Shown piece by piece: positions 38,613 to 49,729 of a stretch of DNA of 64,000 nucleotides. The stretch comes from Candidatus Latescibacterota bacterium. Lineage in GTDB: Bacteria; Latescibacterota; UBA2968; SICM01. The DNA is taken from contig CBDCJO010000002.1 of assembly GCA_965217865.1 (NCBI GenBank), positions 4,992,001 through 5,056,000 on the forward strand, given 5' to 3'. Under the pieces are notes generated by a model. It had not been told where the DNA came from. It saw nothing but the letters and a program-made list of their open reading frames with translations, and ran no database searches. Every line of letters starts with the position of its first letter. The first letter of the stretch is position 1. The position numbers and the translations under genes were made by a program.

Positions 38613-40092
38613 ATGGATAAGGGAGACCTGAAATTCCTGGCTTTCGACCTCGGTGCGGAAAGCGGCCGAGGCGTGATCGGAGGATTTGATGGGAAGCGGC
38701 TCTCTCTCGAGGAGGTCCACCGTTTTTCGAACGGGGCGGTCCACCTCCCGGACGGCCTTCACTGGGATGTCTTGAGGCTGTTTGAGGAGATCAAACGAGG
38801 GATCGGATTATGCGTGAAACGTCACGGCCGGGGAATTTCCGCGATGGGGATCGACACGTGGGGGGTTGATTTCGCGTTGTTGGACTGCAGGGATGCATTG
38901 CTCGGGAACCCGCATCATTACCGAGACCCCCGGACGGATGGGATGCTCGAGGAGGCCTTTAAACGGGTTCCGAAACGGAAAATATTCGAAATGACCGGCA
39001 TCCAGTTTATGAAGGTCAACACGCTCTACCAGCTCGTCGCCATGTCCCTGGAGAAATCCCCGCTGCTCGAAGTTGCAGCTTCGCTGTTGACGATTCCGGA
39101 CCTGTTCAATTTCTGGTTGACCGGGCGTAAGGTCTGCGAGTTCACGAATGCCACCACAACCCAATTCTACGATCCGAGGCAGCGTGACTGGGCGCGGGAG
39201 CTTTTCAACCGCATGGCTTTGCCGACACGTATCCTCCAGCAGGTCGTCCAACCGGGAACCGTTCTCGGGCCCATCCTCCAAAAGGTGGGGGAGGAGACGG
39301 GAATGGGCGAAGTAACGGTCGTCGCCCCCGCCTGCCACGACACGGGTTCCGCCGTTGCGGCGGTACCGGCCGAAGTGAAGGATTATGTGTACATCAGTTC
39401 AGGGACATGGTCCATTTTGGGGGTCGAAGTCCCCGAACCCATCATTAGCGAGGCCGCTCTTGAATATAATTTCACGAATGAGGGGGGCGTTGGGGGAACT
39501 TTTCGCTTCCTGAAGAATATCATGGGGCTCTGGCTCGTTCAGGAGTGCCGCCGGGAATGGGGTCGCGGAGGGAGCGACTTGAGTTACGATGACCTAACGC
39601 GAACGGCCTCGGAAGCTTCTGCTTTCGGCCCCGTGGTCGAACCCGATGACGACAGCTTCATTGGGATGGGGGATATGCCGGGGAGGATCGTGAAGTTTTG
39701 TTCGAAGACGGGCCAGAAGCCTCCGGAAGGCGTGGGCGGAATCGTGAGGTGCGCCCTTGAGAGTCTGGCCTTGAAATATCGATATGTGCTGGAGCGCCTT
39801 GAGGAGATTCTGCAGAGAAGACTGGAGGTCATTCATGTCGTGGGGGGGGGGAGGAAAAAACCGCCTTTTATGCCAGCTCACGGCAGATGTGACCGGGAGG
39901 CCTGTGTTGACAGGTCCGGTGGAGGCCACGGCGATCGGGAATATCCTTGTTCAGGCCATGGCGACCGGCCACCTCGACTCTCTTGCCGACGCTCGATCCG
40001 TCGTCAGGCGATCGTTTGATGTTGAAACTTATGAGCCTAAAAGGGATGAGCGGTGGGACGAGACCTACGAACGGTTTGTTCAGTTGTTGTAG
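38613..40092 (+). pseudogene. rhaB: Rhamnulokinase with a frameshift in a homopolymer tract
   Basis: AFDLGAESGR, GIDTWGVD, HDTGSA, ISSGTW, FTNEGG; frame changes at the G10/A6 runs 39842-39860 and resumes NRLLCQ..GPVEATAIGN. Confidence 0.88.
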
Positions 40093-40230
40093 ACCCGAGG
40101 AGTGACAAACTTCGGCTCGATGATCCTTCCGAACAACAAAACCCTCCCGGAACGAAGAAAGGCGGAAAGCCTAGCAGCAACCCTTGAATCAGGCGCCAGA
40201 TGGTTTTCCGCCTTTTTGATGTTCGTCAGC

Positions 40231-41463
40231 CTACGCCCTTTTCCGTTTCATCGCCTGAAAATCGGTGAACTTCCCTTCGATGATTTCCTGTGTAATCAGG
40301 AATTCCTTGATGTTGGATTTGGAGGGGATTTCGAACATAAGGTCGACCATGATATTTTCCAGGACGGATCGAAGCCCTCGCGCACCGGTCCCTTTTTTTA
40401 TGGCGAGTTCCACGACCTTGTTTAGGGCATCGGGTGTAAATTCCAGCTTGACATCATCCATTTCAAAAAGCCTCTGGTACTGTTTGGTTGTGGCATTCCG
40501 CGGCTTCGTCAGGATGTCCATCATGGCCTGCGTATCCAGGTCATCCATGGTGCTTACGATTGGAAGCCGGCCCACCATTTCGGGAATCAATCCATAATGG
40601 ATGAGGTCGTCGGGTTGAATGTGAACGAGAATCTCCCCCACTTTTCCGTCGGCCGATTTTTCGACTTCGGCCCCGAACCCGATCGATTTCTTCCCGATTC
40701 GATTTTTAATAATATCCTCGATGCCCTCGAAGGCCCCACCGCATATGAAGAGGATATTCTTGGTGTTTATCTGGACGAGGGGCTGTTCCGGATGCTTCCT
40801 TCCGCCCTTGGGGGGGACACCTGATGTGGTACCTTCAAGGATTTTGAGCAGTTCCTGTTGCACACCCTCCCCCGATACGTCGCGGGTAATCGATGGGGTG
40901 CTGGACTTGCGGGATATCTTATCGATCTCATCGATATAAATAATCCCCCGCTCGGACTTGGAAACGTCGTAGTCGGCGGCATGGAGAAGCCTTACGAGGA
41001 TGTTCTCAACGTCTTCCCCGACATAGCCGGCCTCGGTGAGGACGGTGGCATCGACGATCGTAAAGGGAAGTTGAAGGATTCTGGCGAGGGTCTCCGCAAG
41101 GAAGGTCTTCCCGGTGCCGGTGGGTCCCACCAGGAGGATGTTGCTCTTGGTCAGCTCAACATCGTTGTCGACAACTTGAATCCGTTTGTAATGGTTGTAG
41201 ACGGCAACAGCCAGTGTCCTCTTCGCCCGTTCCTGACCGATGACGTGTTCATCAAGCCGCTTCTTGATTTCAATCGGCTTCAGAAGGGCACCCGTCTGGG
41301 GGAGGGTTCGTTCCCGCTTGTCTTCGACGAGGATGTCGTTGCAGAGCCGGACGCATTCATTGCAAATGTGAACGTATGGTCCGGTGATTATTTTTTCGAC
41401 TTGGCCGGGACCCTTTCCGCAGAATGAACATTTAGGCTCTATGCGCGATCGGCCTTTGAGCAT
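40231..41463 (-). CDS. clpX: ATP-dependent Clp protease ATPase subunit
   Basis: CSFCGK..ICNEC zinc finger, [25 protein letters not shown] loop. Confidence 0.97.
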   Translation of the reverse strand: MLKGRSRIEPKCSFCGKGPGQVEKIITGPYVHICNECVRLCNDILVEDKRERTLPQTGALLKPIEIKKRLDEHVIGQERAKRTLAVAVYNHYKRIQVVDNDVELTKSNILLVGPTGTGKTFLAETLARILQLPFTIVDATVLTEAGYVGEDVENILVRLLHAADYDVSKSERGIIYIDEIDKISRKSSTPSITRDVSGEGVQQELLKILEGTTSGVPPKGGRKHPEQPLVQINTKNILFICGGAFEGIEDIIKNRIGKKSIGFGAEVEKSADGKVGEILVHIQPDDLIHYGLIPEMVGRLPIVSTMDDLDTQAMMDILTKPRNATTKQYQRLFEMDDVKLEFTPDALNKVVELAIKKGTGARGLRSVLENIMVDLMFEIPSKSNIKEFLITQEIIEGKFTDFQAMKRKRA

Positions 41464-41606
41464 TCAGGTTGTCCTCGCTAAAATTGTGACTCTGGAAGAA
41501 GCCTCGTTATAACTTAAACGGTCGGGTAGCGCCGGGGTTCCGGCGCAGATCTATGGAAAATGATAAATGAAACAAGAACCCGGAGTCAAGCAGAATTTAA
41601 TTTCCC

Positions 41607-42332
41607 CTATGGGGTACCGTTGGCCCCGATCTTCACAAAACCTTCGGCGAGTTTACAATCGGGAAGGCTTCCGATGATACGGGCTTCGATTCCCCGGAAG
41701 CGTGCACAGGCGTCATACATCCAGGGGAGGTCCGGCTGGGACTTGAGTTGTCGTAAGGCATCCATCTTACGGTCGAAGACTTTCTCTATGTCCACGTAGG
41801 TGTCCGGGAGAAATTGCGAAACAGGGGCCGTGCCCATGGTCGTCTCATAACAAAAAATGTCGGGTTTGGGGGTGGGGGAGTGTTCGGTCCGGATTCCGGG
41901 TGAGCCGGAATAGATACAGGCCCATAAAACGTTCTCCGCCGTGGTCACGTGGTCTGGATGTAAAATATCCTTTCGCCAATGCACCAGGACGACTTCCGGA
42001 CGGCGAAGCCGGATCGTGTCGATGATCCTCAATTTTCGGTCTTCGTCGATGATAATCGGGCTATCCCCAAAATCCAGACACTCGATCGTGGCACCCAGGG
42101 TGCCAGCTGCGTGTTCGATTTCGGATTTTCTGATCGCCTTCACTTCATCGAGGGGGATCGTTTTTCTCTCGGCGTAGATGGCGGGGGACTCACAGCGTTC
42201 ACCATACGTTAAATCGATGACGTGTACGCTCCCCCCGATATCGCTGTAGCGGGCGATTGCCCCCCCGGCACGGGAACAGAAATCGGCAGCGTGGGCGCTA
42301 AAGACGAGTACGCGTGCGTTGGGCGTGATCAT
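41607..42332 (-). CDS. PIG-L family protein, GalB (4-oxalomesaconate hydratase)-like
   Basis: SAHAADF.SRAGGAIA, GERCES, HPDH, SQ..L..Y. Confidence 0.7.
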   Translation of the reverse strand: MITPNARVLVFSAHAADFCSRAGGAIARYSDIGGSVHVIDLTYGERCESPAIYAERKTIPLDEVKAIRKSEIEHAAGTLGATIECLDFGDSPIIIDEDRKLRIIDTIRLRRPEVVLVHWRKDILHPDHVTTAENVLWACIYSGSPGIRTEHSPTPKPDIFCYETTMGTAPVSQFLPDTYVDIEKVFDRKMDALRQLKSQPDLPWMYDACARFRGIEARIIGSLPDCKLAEGFVKIGANGTP

Positions 42333-42811
42333 GCGGATTTCCCCTGAAGGAGTCTTTCATCGTTTTGAGGTACTTTCCCAGTATTCGTGTAACGACGGGT
42401 CTCCCGTTCCATTTCCCGCCAGGCGTCTTCGGTTTTGTGTTCGTAACCCGCAAGGTGCAGGATGCCGTGTATCGCCAGGTGCAGAACCTCTTTCTGCAGG
42501 GATCGCTTTCGTTTAATGGCCTGGCTTCGGGCCTGGGGCAGGGAGATGTAAATTTCCCCGAGGATACCTTCATCAGAAGGGCCGCGCAGATCGAAAGAAA
42601 GGACGTTTGTCGGCGCGTCGATCCCACGGTAAGACCGATTCAGGCGGAGCAACTCTTCGTCGCCGGTTAGAATCACGTTGACCCCTCCGCCTCGAAGGCC
42701 ATGCTGCAGCGCCGCCCTGTGCGCAATGCGGCGAAGTCCGTCCAGGTCGAGTCGGGGGGCCTTCGAACCCTCTTCGACGAGAAGGACCCTGAGGGTTAAC
42801 CGCTCAGACAC
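42329..42811 (-). CDS. ybeY: rRNA maturation endoribonuclease
   Basis: LNRSYRG.D.PTNVLSF, HGILHLAGYEH. Confidence 0.93.
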   Translation of the reverse strand: MSERLTLRVLLVEEGSKAPRLDLDGLRRIAHRAALQHGLRGGGVNVILTGDEELLRLNRSYRGIDAPTNVLSFDLRGPSDEGILGEIYISLPQARSQAIKRKRSLQKEVLHLAIHGILHLAGYEHKTEDAWREMERETRRYTNTGKVPQNDERLLQGKSA

Positions 42812-45086
42812 GGGGGGACTCCTTCTGGCGCTGCGAGGGATATGCCACCCGGGTGTGCATCATGCCTCTCAAAACCGGCAGGAATGCCTGTTCGATCTTG
42901 TGGAGGTCCCCAAGGGTCAGGGCACACTCGTTTAATTCCCCGGATGTAAACTTCCCTTCGATGATACTTCGAACCATTCCCTTAACCCGGCTGGGGGTCC
43001 GCTCCTTTAAGGACCGGACAGCGCTTTCGACCGAATCCGCAAGCATGATGATTCCCGCCTCCTTGGTCTGGGGCTTTGGACCCGGATACCGAAAATCTTC
43101 ATCGCGAATCTCTTCGCCACGCTCCAGAGCTCGATTTTTGAAATACGCGATCTCGCCTGTTCCCTGATGTTGGGGAATGATGTCGATGATGATCTTCGGC
43201 AGCCCCTCTTGCTCGGCCATCCGTATACCTTCTCGTACGTGTGAGATGAGGACCAGGGCGCTCATCCTCGGCTGGAGCTCATCGTGGGGATTTTCCCCAG
43301 ATTGGTTCTCGACGAAGTATTGTGGCCTCACCATCTTTCCGATGTCGTGATAGTAACAGCCGACCCGCGCAAGCAGGGCGTTGGCGTCGATCGCCTCCGC
43401 TGCCGTTTCAGACAGGTTCGCGACGATGACGCTGTGGGAGTAACTCCCGGGGGCCCGTGTGGCCAGGTTACGGAGAAGGGGCCGGTTCAGGTCGGACAGC
43501 TCAAGCAGGGTGATGGGGGTCACGATGCCGAACAGGTTCTCGAACATCGGAGAGAGGCCGAGGGTCAGGACCGGTGTGAGGATTCCCATCACGAGTCCGG
43601 GGATCAAATCCCGGGCAAGCGGGCCGAAAATGTCGGATGAACTGGAGTAGGTGAACCAGATGCCTTTGATAACCAGAATGACCAAGACGTATGATATGGT
43701 GAGGTAGATGATAGAGTAGTTGAAGTGCTGACGATTTCTTACCCGTCTGACCGAGTAACATCCAACCATGCCGCAGAGGGATGAGACGATCGTCGCGTGA
43801 AGGTCGTTCAAAGCAACCCCGCACAAAATAGCCGACATGACCGCCACAGTGATGCCCAATTCGATGTCGAGAAGGAGGGCCACCAGCATGGCGGATAGGG
43901 CGACCGGGACATACAGGGACGACACGTCGGCTGTCCCCGACAGGTAGGATGCGACCAGGGTGGGAATTATAAGAAGGATGCCGAAGAGGACCAGAATCTC
44001 GGTGCGACGGTAGAGTTCGTTTCGGAATGCGTAGAGGTATAGGAGGATCAGGCCAAGGACGAGTGAGGAGAGCAAAAAAGAGGCAAGGATCTGAAGATAT
44101 CCGGCATAGGGGGATTCACGGTGCCTAAGATATTTTGCTTCTGAAAGAGACCTGAGGATGTCTACGTGTTCAGAGGTCACCCTTTCGTGGGCATCGATGA
44201 TTTTCTGGTTTTCGAGAACGACATTTCGATTTTGAGAAACGGACTGGGCTGCGACTTCCCGACGGCGTTCGGTTTCGGCGGAATCGAATGTCAGGTTGGG
44301 AGAGATGAAGGCCTGAATCAGTTCATATAATGCCCGGGCAAGGGCAGGATGCGCCTCCGCCCAGCGTTCCTGGATCAGGTCCGGCAACACCTTATCTGAG
44401 ATTTCACCTGTGTCGTAGAAATGGCTCGAGGAGGCCAGGTTTTCTTCCTCATCCTTCCGCATCGTCACCCAGGTTGCCTTTTTCCCTTCGAAGGCCTGCT
44501 TGTCCGAAACGATTCCGCCGGTATACAAGTCGGTAAGAATTCTATAAGCCAGATTCTTAATTTCCTTTAACTGTTCTTCCGAAATGTATCCCTGCCCTTC
44601 GATGGGATCCGCTCCGATTAGAATGCGGAATGCGGGATCAGATATGGCCCGAAGGTTTCCTTCCCGGTTGAACCCGTCTCCAAGAAGAGAGTCCGCTAAG
44701 GAACTCCCCGAACGGCCAAGGAGGTCTTTGAACAGCGTGTCGAGGGAATCGACCTGTGCTCCACCCACCGCGGAGCTGAAGACAAGAAGAGGGGGGATGC
44801 GCCTGCGGGCGTTGGCCTGTTCCCGCTCGAAAACCGATGGACTTTTTTTGACCCAAAAAGTGAATGGGGTGACGATCCGTTCCCGGGCGACGGTACCCTC
44901 TCGCAGGTCACCGAATTCAGTTGCTTTTCGATGTCCCATCAGATAGGTCAGGACACACACAGTCGCCGCAACAACGCCCCACCGCAGGACTTGGGCAGGG
45001 CGGAAGATCTGAGAAGGCCCTTTGCCGACCCCTTTTGGCAGCCCCTTTTTTACTTGCTTTCTAAGGGCGAGAAATTTTGAAGGCAT
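42804..45086 (-). CDS. 7TM-HD phosphohydrolase (PgpH-like)
   Basis: Extracellular domain, TM block, APGSYSHS, YHDIGK, YPGPKPQTKEA, LADS; phoH-ybeY context. Confidence 0.92.
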   Translation of the reverse strand: MPSKFLALRKQVKKGLPKGVGKGPSQIFRPAQVLRWGVVAATVCVLTYLMGHRKATEFGDLREGTVARERIVTPFTFWVKKSPSVFEREQANARRRIPPLLVFSSAVGGAQVDSLDTLFKDLLGRSGSSLADSLLGDGFNREGNLRAISDPAFRILIGADPIEGQGYISEEQLKEIKNLAYRILTDLYTGGIVSDKQAFEGKKATWVTMRKDEEENLASSSHFYDTGEISDKVLPDLIQERWAEAHPALARALYELIQAFISPNLTFDSAETERRREVAAQSVSQNRNVVLENQKIIDAHERVTSEHVDILRSLSEAKYLRHRESPYAGYLQILASFLLSSLVLGLILLYLYAFRNELYRRTEILVLFGILLIIPTLVASYLSGTADVSSLYVPVALSAMLVALLLDIELGITVAVMSAILCGVALNDLHATIVSSLCGMVGCYSVRRVRNRQHFNYSIIYLTISYVLVILVIKGIWFTYSSSSDIFGPLARDLIPGLVMGILTPVLTLGLSPMFENLFGIVTPITLLELSDLNRPLLRNLATRAPGSYSHSVIVANLSETAAEAIDANALLARVGCYYHDIGKMVRPQYFVENQSGENPHDELQPRMSALVLISHVREGIRMAEQEGLPKIIIDIIPQHQGTGEIAYFKNRALERGEEIRDEDFRYPGPKPQTKEAGIIMLADSVESAVRSLKERTPSRVKGMVRSIIEGKFTSGELNECALTLGDLHKIEQAFLPVLRGMMHTRVAYPSQRQKESPRV

Positions 45087-45125
45087 GTCATCCCCCCCAG
45101 ACCCCCGGAAGGTAAAACATCCAAC

Positions 45126-46106
45126 TCACATTTCACTTTCCGCAGCGTTAATTCCAATCTCTTTTTCATAGATCTCGTAAGCCTTGATGATCTGGCGAAC
45201 GAGTGGATGTCTCACCACATCCCGATCCGTCAAGTAGACGAATTCGATATCCTCGACCTGTCCCAGGATGGTCTGGATCTGAACGAGGCCGGATTGACTG
45301 GAAGACGGGAGATCGACCTGAGTGATGTCACCGGTGATGATGGCCTTTGCGTTTACGCCGAGGCGAGTCAGGAACATTTTCATCTGTCGAATACTCGTAT
45401 TCTGTGCCTCGTCCAGGATCACATATGCGTTGTTCAGGGTGCGTCCACGCATAAAGGCCAGGGGGACGATCTCCAGTGTACGTGAATCGGTGAGCTGGCG
45501 CATTCGGTCTTGAGGAACCATGTCCTGGAGCGCATCGTACAGCGGCCGGAGATACGGGTCGACTTTCTCCTGGATGTCGCCGGGGAGATATCCCAGGCTC
45601 TCCCCGGCTTCCACGGCCGGTCTGGTGAGTACAATATGATCGATCTCCCGACGTTTCAAGGCGGCCACCGCTGCCCCAACGGCCAGGTAGGTCTTGCCGG
45701 TACCCGCTGGTCCGATGCAAAATACGATATCCCGACTCTCCATGGCGGTCACATATCGGCCTTGGCCGGGCGAACGAGGTCGAATGGAGCCCTTTCGGGT
45801 GTTCAACAATACCTTTGCAGAATGCGGGGACTCGCCCATCTCCTTGAGGACGTCCTGCCCGGACCGGAGGAGATAACTCAGGTCGATCTCAACTCCGCCC
45901 CGGAGATGAGATACGACGTCGATGAGCACCTCACAAGCTTTTTCGACGTGGCCGGGCTCTCCTTCCACGAGGATGGATTCCCCCCGCGCTACAAGGTCGA
46001 CGCCGTATCGTTTCTCAAAGGCGATGAGATTGGCATCGTTGTGTCCATAAAGATGGAGTGGGTCGATCCCGTCGATCTCCACCCTTTGCGATATGCGTTG
46101 ACCCAA
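45126..46106 (-). CDS. phoH: PhoH-family ATPase
   Basis: GPAGTGKTYLA, TRPAVEAGE, MRGRTL, DEAQN, VVRHPLV. Confidence 0.95.
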   Translation of the reverse strand: MGQRISQRVEIDGIDPLHLYGHNDANLIAFEKRYGVDLVARGESILVEGEPGHVEKACEVLIDVVSHLRGGVEIDLSYLLRSGQDVLKEMGESPHSAKVLLNTRKGSIRPRSPGQGRYVTAMESRDIVFCIGPAGTGKTYLAVGAAVAALKRREIDHIVLTRPAVEAGESLGYLPGDIQEKVDPYLRPLYDALQDMVPQDRMRQLTDSRTLEIVPLAFMRGRTLNNAYVILDEAQNTSIRQMKMFLTRLGVNAKAIITGDITQVDLPSSSQSGLVQIQTILGQVEDIEFVYLTDRDVVRHPLVRQIIKAYEIYEKEIGINAAESEM

Positions 46107-46352
46107 GCCTTGTGTCTTACTCCTTCCTGAATATCCCGCCCCCGCCGTTCTCCGAGCTTTCGGATCCTGTGCGTAAAAGAAAAAGCCCCCTTCCTCAAAG
46201 ATGAGAGGCCGAGAGCTATCCTATCTTTCAAAAATCAACGATTTTTCATCATTTCGGTGGCCCCTGGGTCATAGAAACGGGCTTATTAAACACAGTGTTA
46301 TACTAACATATCCCTCAGAAGGTGTCAAGGGGAAAAACGACCCGAAAGCGAC

Positions 46353-48128
46353 CTAAAGGATCTTCAATCCCAACTCCTGGAGCTGAGCGGGATCCACCCC
46401 GGAGGGTGCGTCGTCCATCAGGGAGACGGCGTTGTTCGTCTTCGGAAAGGCGATCACCTCCCTGATGGAACGCACACCCGCCAACAAGGAGACCATTCGG
46501 TCAAATCCGAAGGCAATCCCTCCGTGTGGAGGTGCTCCATATTCGAAGGCCTCAAGCAAGAACCCGAATTTCCGCTCCGCTTCATCGTGGGATATGCCGA
46601 GCAGATTGAACATTCTGTTCTGAACGTCCCGCCGGTATATCCGGATGCTTCCTCCCGCGATTTCGTTTCCGTTGAGGACCAGGTCGTAGGCGCGAGCTCG
46701 AACAGACGAAGGGTCGGACTCCATCTTCTCAAGGTCCTCTTCAACGGGAGCGGTGAAGGGATGGTGACAGGCCACATATCGTTTCTCCGTAGGGTTATAC
46801 TCGACCAGGGGAAATCGAACAACCCACAACGGGTTCCACACACGACCATCCAAGAGGCCTAAATCCCTCCCCAACCGGAGTCGGAGGTCGCAGAGCGTCG
46901 ACGCAACGAGAGCGGGTTTATCGGCCACGAAGAGGAGGAGGTCGCCGGGTTGGGCATTCATGCGCTCCGCCAGGCTCGTCTTGACAGCGGTTGGAAAGAA
47001 CTTGACGATTGACGATTCCAGACCCTTTTCGGTGACCTTAATCCAGGCCAGGCCCTTTGCCCCCAAATTGGTGGAGAAGGCAACCAGATCGTCGATCTGT
47101 TTGCGTGAGAGAGAGGCCTGACCCGTTGCGTTGATCCCTTTGACCCGTCCCCCTTCCTCTACGGCGTTCTTGAAAACCTGGAATTCGCTTTCGGAGGCCA
47201 GGTCGCTGATGTCTACGATCTCCAAACCGAATCGTGTGTCAGGTTTATCGGTACCGTAACGGTCGATGGCCTCCTGATACGTCATGCGCGGGAAAGGGAG
47301 GGAGGGTTGGTATCCGATCGTTTCCTTGAAAATGTGGGCTGTGAGTCCCTCCGCCATGCCAAGGACATCATCCTCTTCGACAAAGGACATCTCGATGTCG
47401 ATCTGAGTAAATTCCGGCTGACGATCCGAACGGAGATCCTCGTCTCGGAAACATTTGACGATCTGGAAATATTTCTCTAAACCCGCGACCATAAGGAGTT
47501 GCTTGTAAGTCTGAGGGGATTGTGGGAGTGCGTAAAAGTTACCCGGGCTTACCCGGCTTGGGACCAGATAGTCCCTGGCCCCTTCGGGTGTGCTCTTCAT
47601 CAGGAAAGGGGTTTCCACCTCGATGAATCCCTGTTGGTACAGGTGGCTCCGGGTTGCCTGATAGGCCCGATGGCGCAACCGGAGGTTCGCGAGCATGGAA
47701 GGCGTTCGGAGGTCCAGATAACGGTATTTGAGACGAAGTTCTTCGCTCGTCTCCTCGGCGGAATCGATTTGAAAAGGGGGTGTCTTGGCCTCATTCAGAA
47801 TTCTGAGATCTTGACAAAGCACGTCGATCGTGCCGGTGCTTAGTTTCAGGTTCTCCATTCCCGGAGGCCTCATTTCCACCAGGCCGCTCACTGCGATCAC
47901 ATATTCGGATCGGATGGATTCCGCCTTTTGATGCATTTCGGTGTTAACGTCGGGCTTGAAGACAACCTGCGTTTTTCCCTCGCGATCCCGGAGGTCGACA
48001 AAGATGACCCCACCGTGGTCCCGTCTTTTTGACACCCAACCCATCAAGGTGACGGATTTTCCCAAGTCCTCCTCACGAAGTTCCCCGCAATTGACAGTTC
48101 GTTTCCATCCGGACATCGGTTCAGGCAT
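46353..48128 (-). CDS. aspS: Aspartate-tRNA ligase
   Basis: RRDHGGVIFVDLRD, TPEGARDY, FRDEDLR.DRQPEFTQ, GAPPHGG. Confidence 0.97.
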   Translation of the reverse strand: MPEPMSGWKRTVNCGELREEDLGKSVTLMGWVSKRRDHGGVIFVDLRDREGKTQVVFKPDVNTEMHQKAESIRSEYVIAVSGLVEMRPPGMENLKLSTGTIDVLCQDLRILNEAKTPPFQIDSAEETSEELRLKYRYLDLRTPSMLANLRLRHRAYQATRSHLYQQGFIEVETPFLMKSTPEGARDYLVPSRVSPGNFYALPQSPQTYKQLLMVAGLEKYFQIVKCFRDEDLRSDRQPEFTQIDIEMSFVEEDDVLGMAEGLTAHIFKETIGYQPSLPFPRMTYQEAIDRYGTDKPDTRFGLEIVDISDLASESEFQVFKNAVEEGGRVKGINATGQASLSRKQIDDLVAFSTNLGAKGLAWIKVTEKGLESSIVKFFPTAVKTSLAERMNAQPGDLLLFVADKPALVASTLCDLRLRLGRDLGLLDGRVWNPLWVVRFPLVEYNPTEKRYVACHHPFTAPVEEDLEKMESDPSSVRARAYDLVLNGNEIAGGSIRIYRRDVQNRMFNLLGISHDEAERKFGFLLEAFEYGAPPHGGIAFGFDRMVSLLAGVRSIREVIAFPKTNNAVSLMDDAPSGVDPAQLQELGLKIL

Positions 48129-48139
48129 AGTCGTTTCCT

Positions 48140-49429
48140 TCATCCTTGATTCAGGATAAAACCAACCCATTTTTCCGTGGAGACATTCTCCTGCTTCCCC
48201 GTTTCCATGTCTTTGACGACGACTTCTCCCCGGTTTAATTCCTCATCGCCGATGATGACCACCCGGCGGGCGGAGGACGTGTTTGCCGCGCGCATCTGTG
48301 CCTTGAGGCTTCTGTCCCCGTATAGCGATGCCACGGATATCCCCCTCCTGCGAAGGTCGGCTCCAAGACCGATCGTACTTGCGCGGGCCGCTTCCCCCAA
48401 GGCCACAATAAAGACATCGGGCCCCGATTCGGAGTCCCCCCCGATCCCTTGTTCCCTCAAGGTGAGGATCGCACGTTCAATGCCGATGCCGAAACCGATC
48501 GCCGGGGTGGGAGGCCCGCCGAGTTCCTCGATAAGGCCATCGTAGCGGCCGCCGCCACCGACGGCGTTTTGCGCGCCGATCCCCTCGGTCCAGAGCTCGA
48601 AAATTGTCTTTGTGTAATAATCGAACCCCCGAACGAGCCGTGGATTGGGGGAAAAATCGATTCCAAGCGACTTCAAATGACCCTTCAAACCTGTAAAGTG
48701 AGTCGCACAATCGGTGCAAAGCCAACCTTCTATCGCAGGCGCATCCGCGATGACGGGCTGGCAGCCGGGCTTCTTGCAATCGAAAAGACGCAGAGGGTTT
48801 ATTTCGAGGCGTCGTTTACAATCGTCGCAAATTTCACCCACACGGCTGCGGTAATAAGCCGACACCTCTTTCAGATAATCCGATCGACATTTCGGACATC
48901 CGATGCTGTTGACCTGAAGGGAGAGTCCTGAAATTCCCAAACGGCGGTAAAAATCGAGGGCGAGGGAGATGATCTCGGCATCCAGGGTTGGATCGATCTC
49001 TCCGAAGGCTTCCACCCCGAACTGGTGGTGTTGCCGATAGCGGCCTGCCTGAGGCCTTTCATAGCGGAAGTTTGGGGCAACGTAGTAGAGTTTTACGGGT
49101 TGGGGGAGGGTCCGCATCCCGTGTTGCAGGTAGGCCCGAGCGATCGGTGCCGTACCCTCCGGTTTGAGCGTGAGACTCGAGTTGCCTTTATCCAGGAAGG
49201 TGTACATCTCCTTTTCGACGATGTCGGTTCCCTCCCCAACACCCCGCACAAAGAGGCTTGTCTCTTCGAACATCGGTGTAACGATCCGACGATAGGCGTA
49301 AAGGTGACCAAGATCGGTGATGACGGCGTTGATTTTCGCCCAAAAGGCCCACTCATCGGGCAGGATGTCCCGGGTGCCGCGGGGGGTCTGAAATTTCGTG
49401 AATTTCTCCTCATTAAGGGAGGCCGTCAA
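48140..49429 (-). CDS. hisS: Histidine-tRNA ligase
   Basis: PRGTRD, KEMY, FRYERPQAGRYRQ, LVRGFDYY, GGGRYDGL. Confidence 0.97.
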   Translation of the reverse strand: MTASLNEEKFTKFQTPRGTRDILPDEWAFWAKINAVITDLGHLYAYRRIVTPMFEETSLFVRGVGEGTDIVEKEMYTFLDKGNSSLTLKPEGTAPIARAYLQHGMRTLPQPVKLYYVAPNFRYERPQAGRYRQHHQFGVEAFGEIDPTLDAEIISLALDFYRRLGISGLSLQVNSIGCPKCRSDYLKEVSAYYRSRVGEICDDCKRRLEINPLRLFDCKKPGCQPVIADAPAIEGWLCTDCATHFTGLKGHLKSLGIDFSPNPRLVRGFDYYTKTIFELWTEGIGAQNAVGGGGRYDGLIEELGGPPTPAIGFGIGIERAILTLREQGIGGDSESGPDVFIVALGEAARASTIGLGADLRRRGISVASLYGDRSLKAQMRAANTSSARRVVIIGDEELNRGEVVVKDMETGKQENVSTEKWVGFILNQG

Positions 49430-49729
49430 GTTCTTCAGAACTCAAAATGTCCCTAAGTAATGGACTTACCATAAAATACGATAGTGAGGCTGATCAATCA
49501 ATATAAAAAATCTATCGCGAATGAGCCCGTGCGGGTTGGAGCGCTCTAAAAAGGTCAACCGCAAAAGTCGGATCCCGAGTCTTTGGCTCAGGTTTTTTTG
49601 GCATCAGGTTTGCAAATTATTAACCCCCGAGGATGCGCAGGATTACAAGAACCCGTCCCCACAAACGAATTGTATAGACCACCGATTTCTTAGATGGCCA
49701 AATCTTTCAAACCCGGAAAGCGTTCTGAA

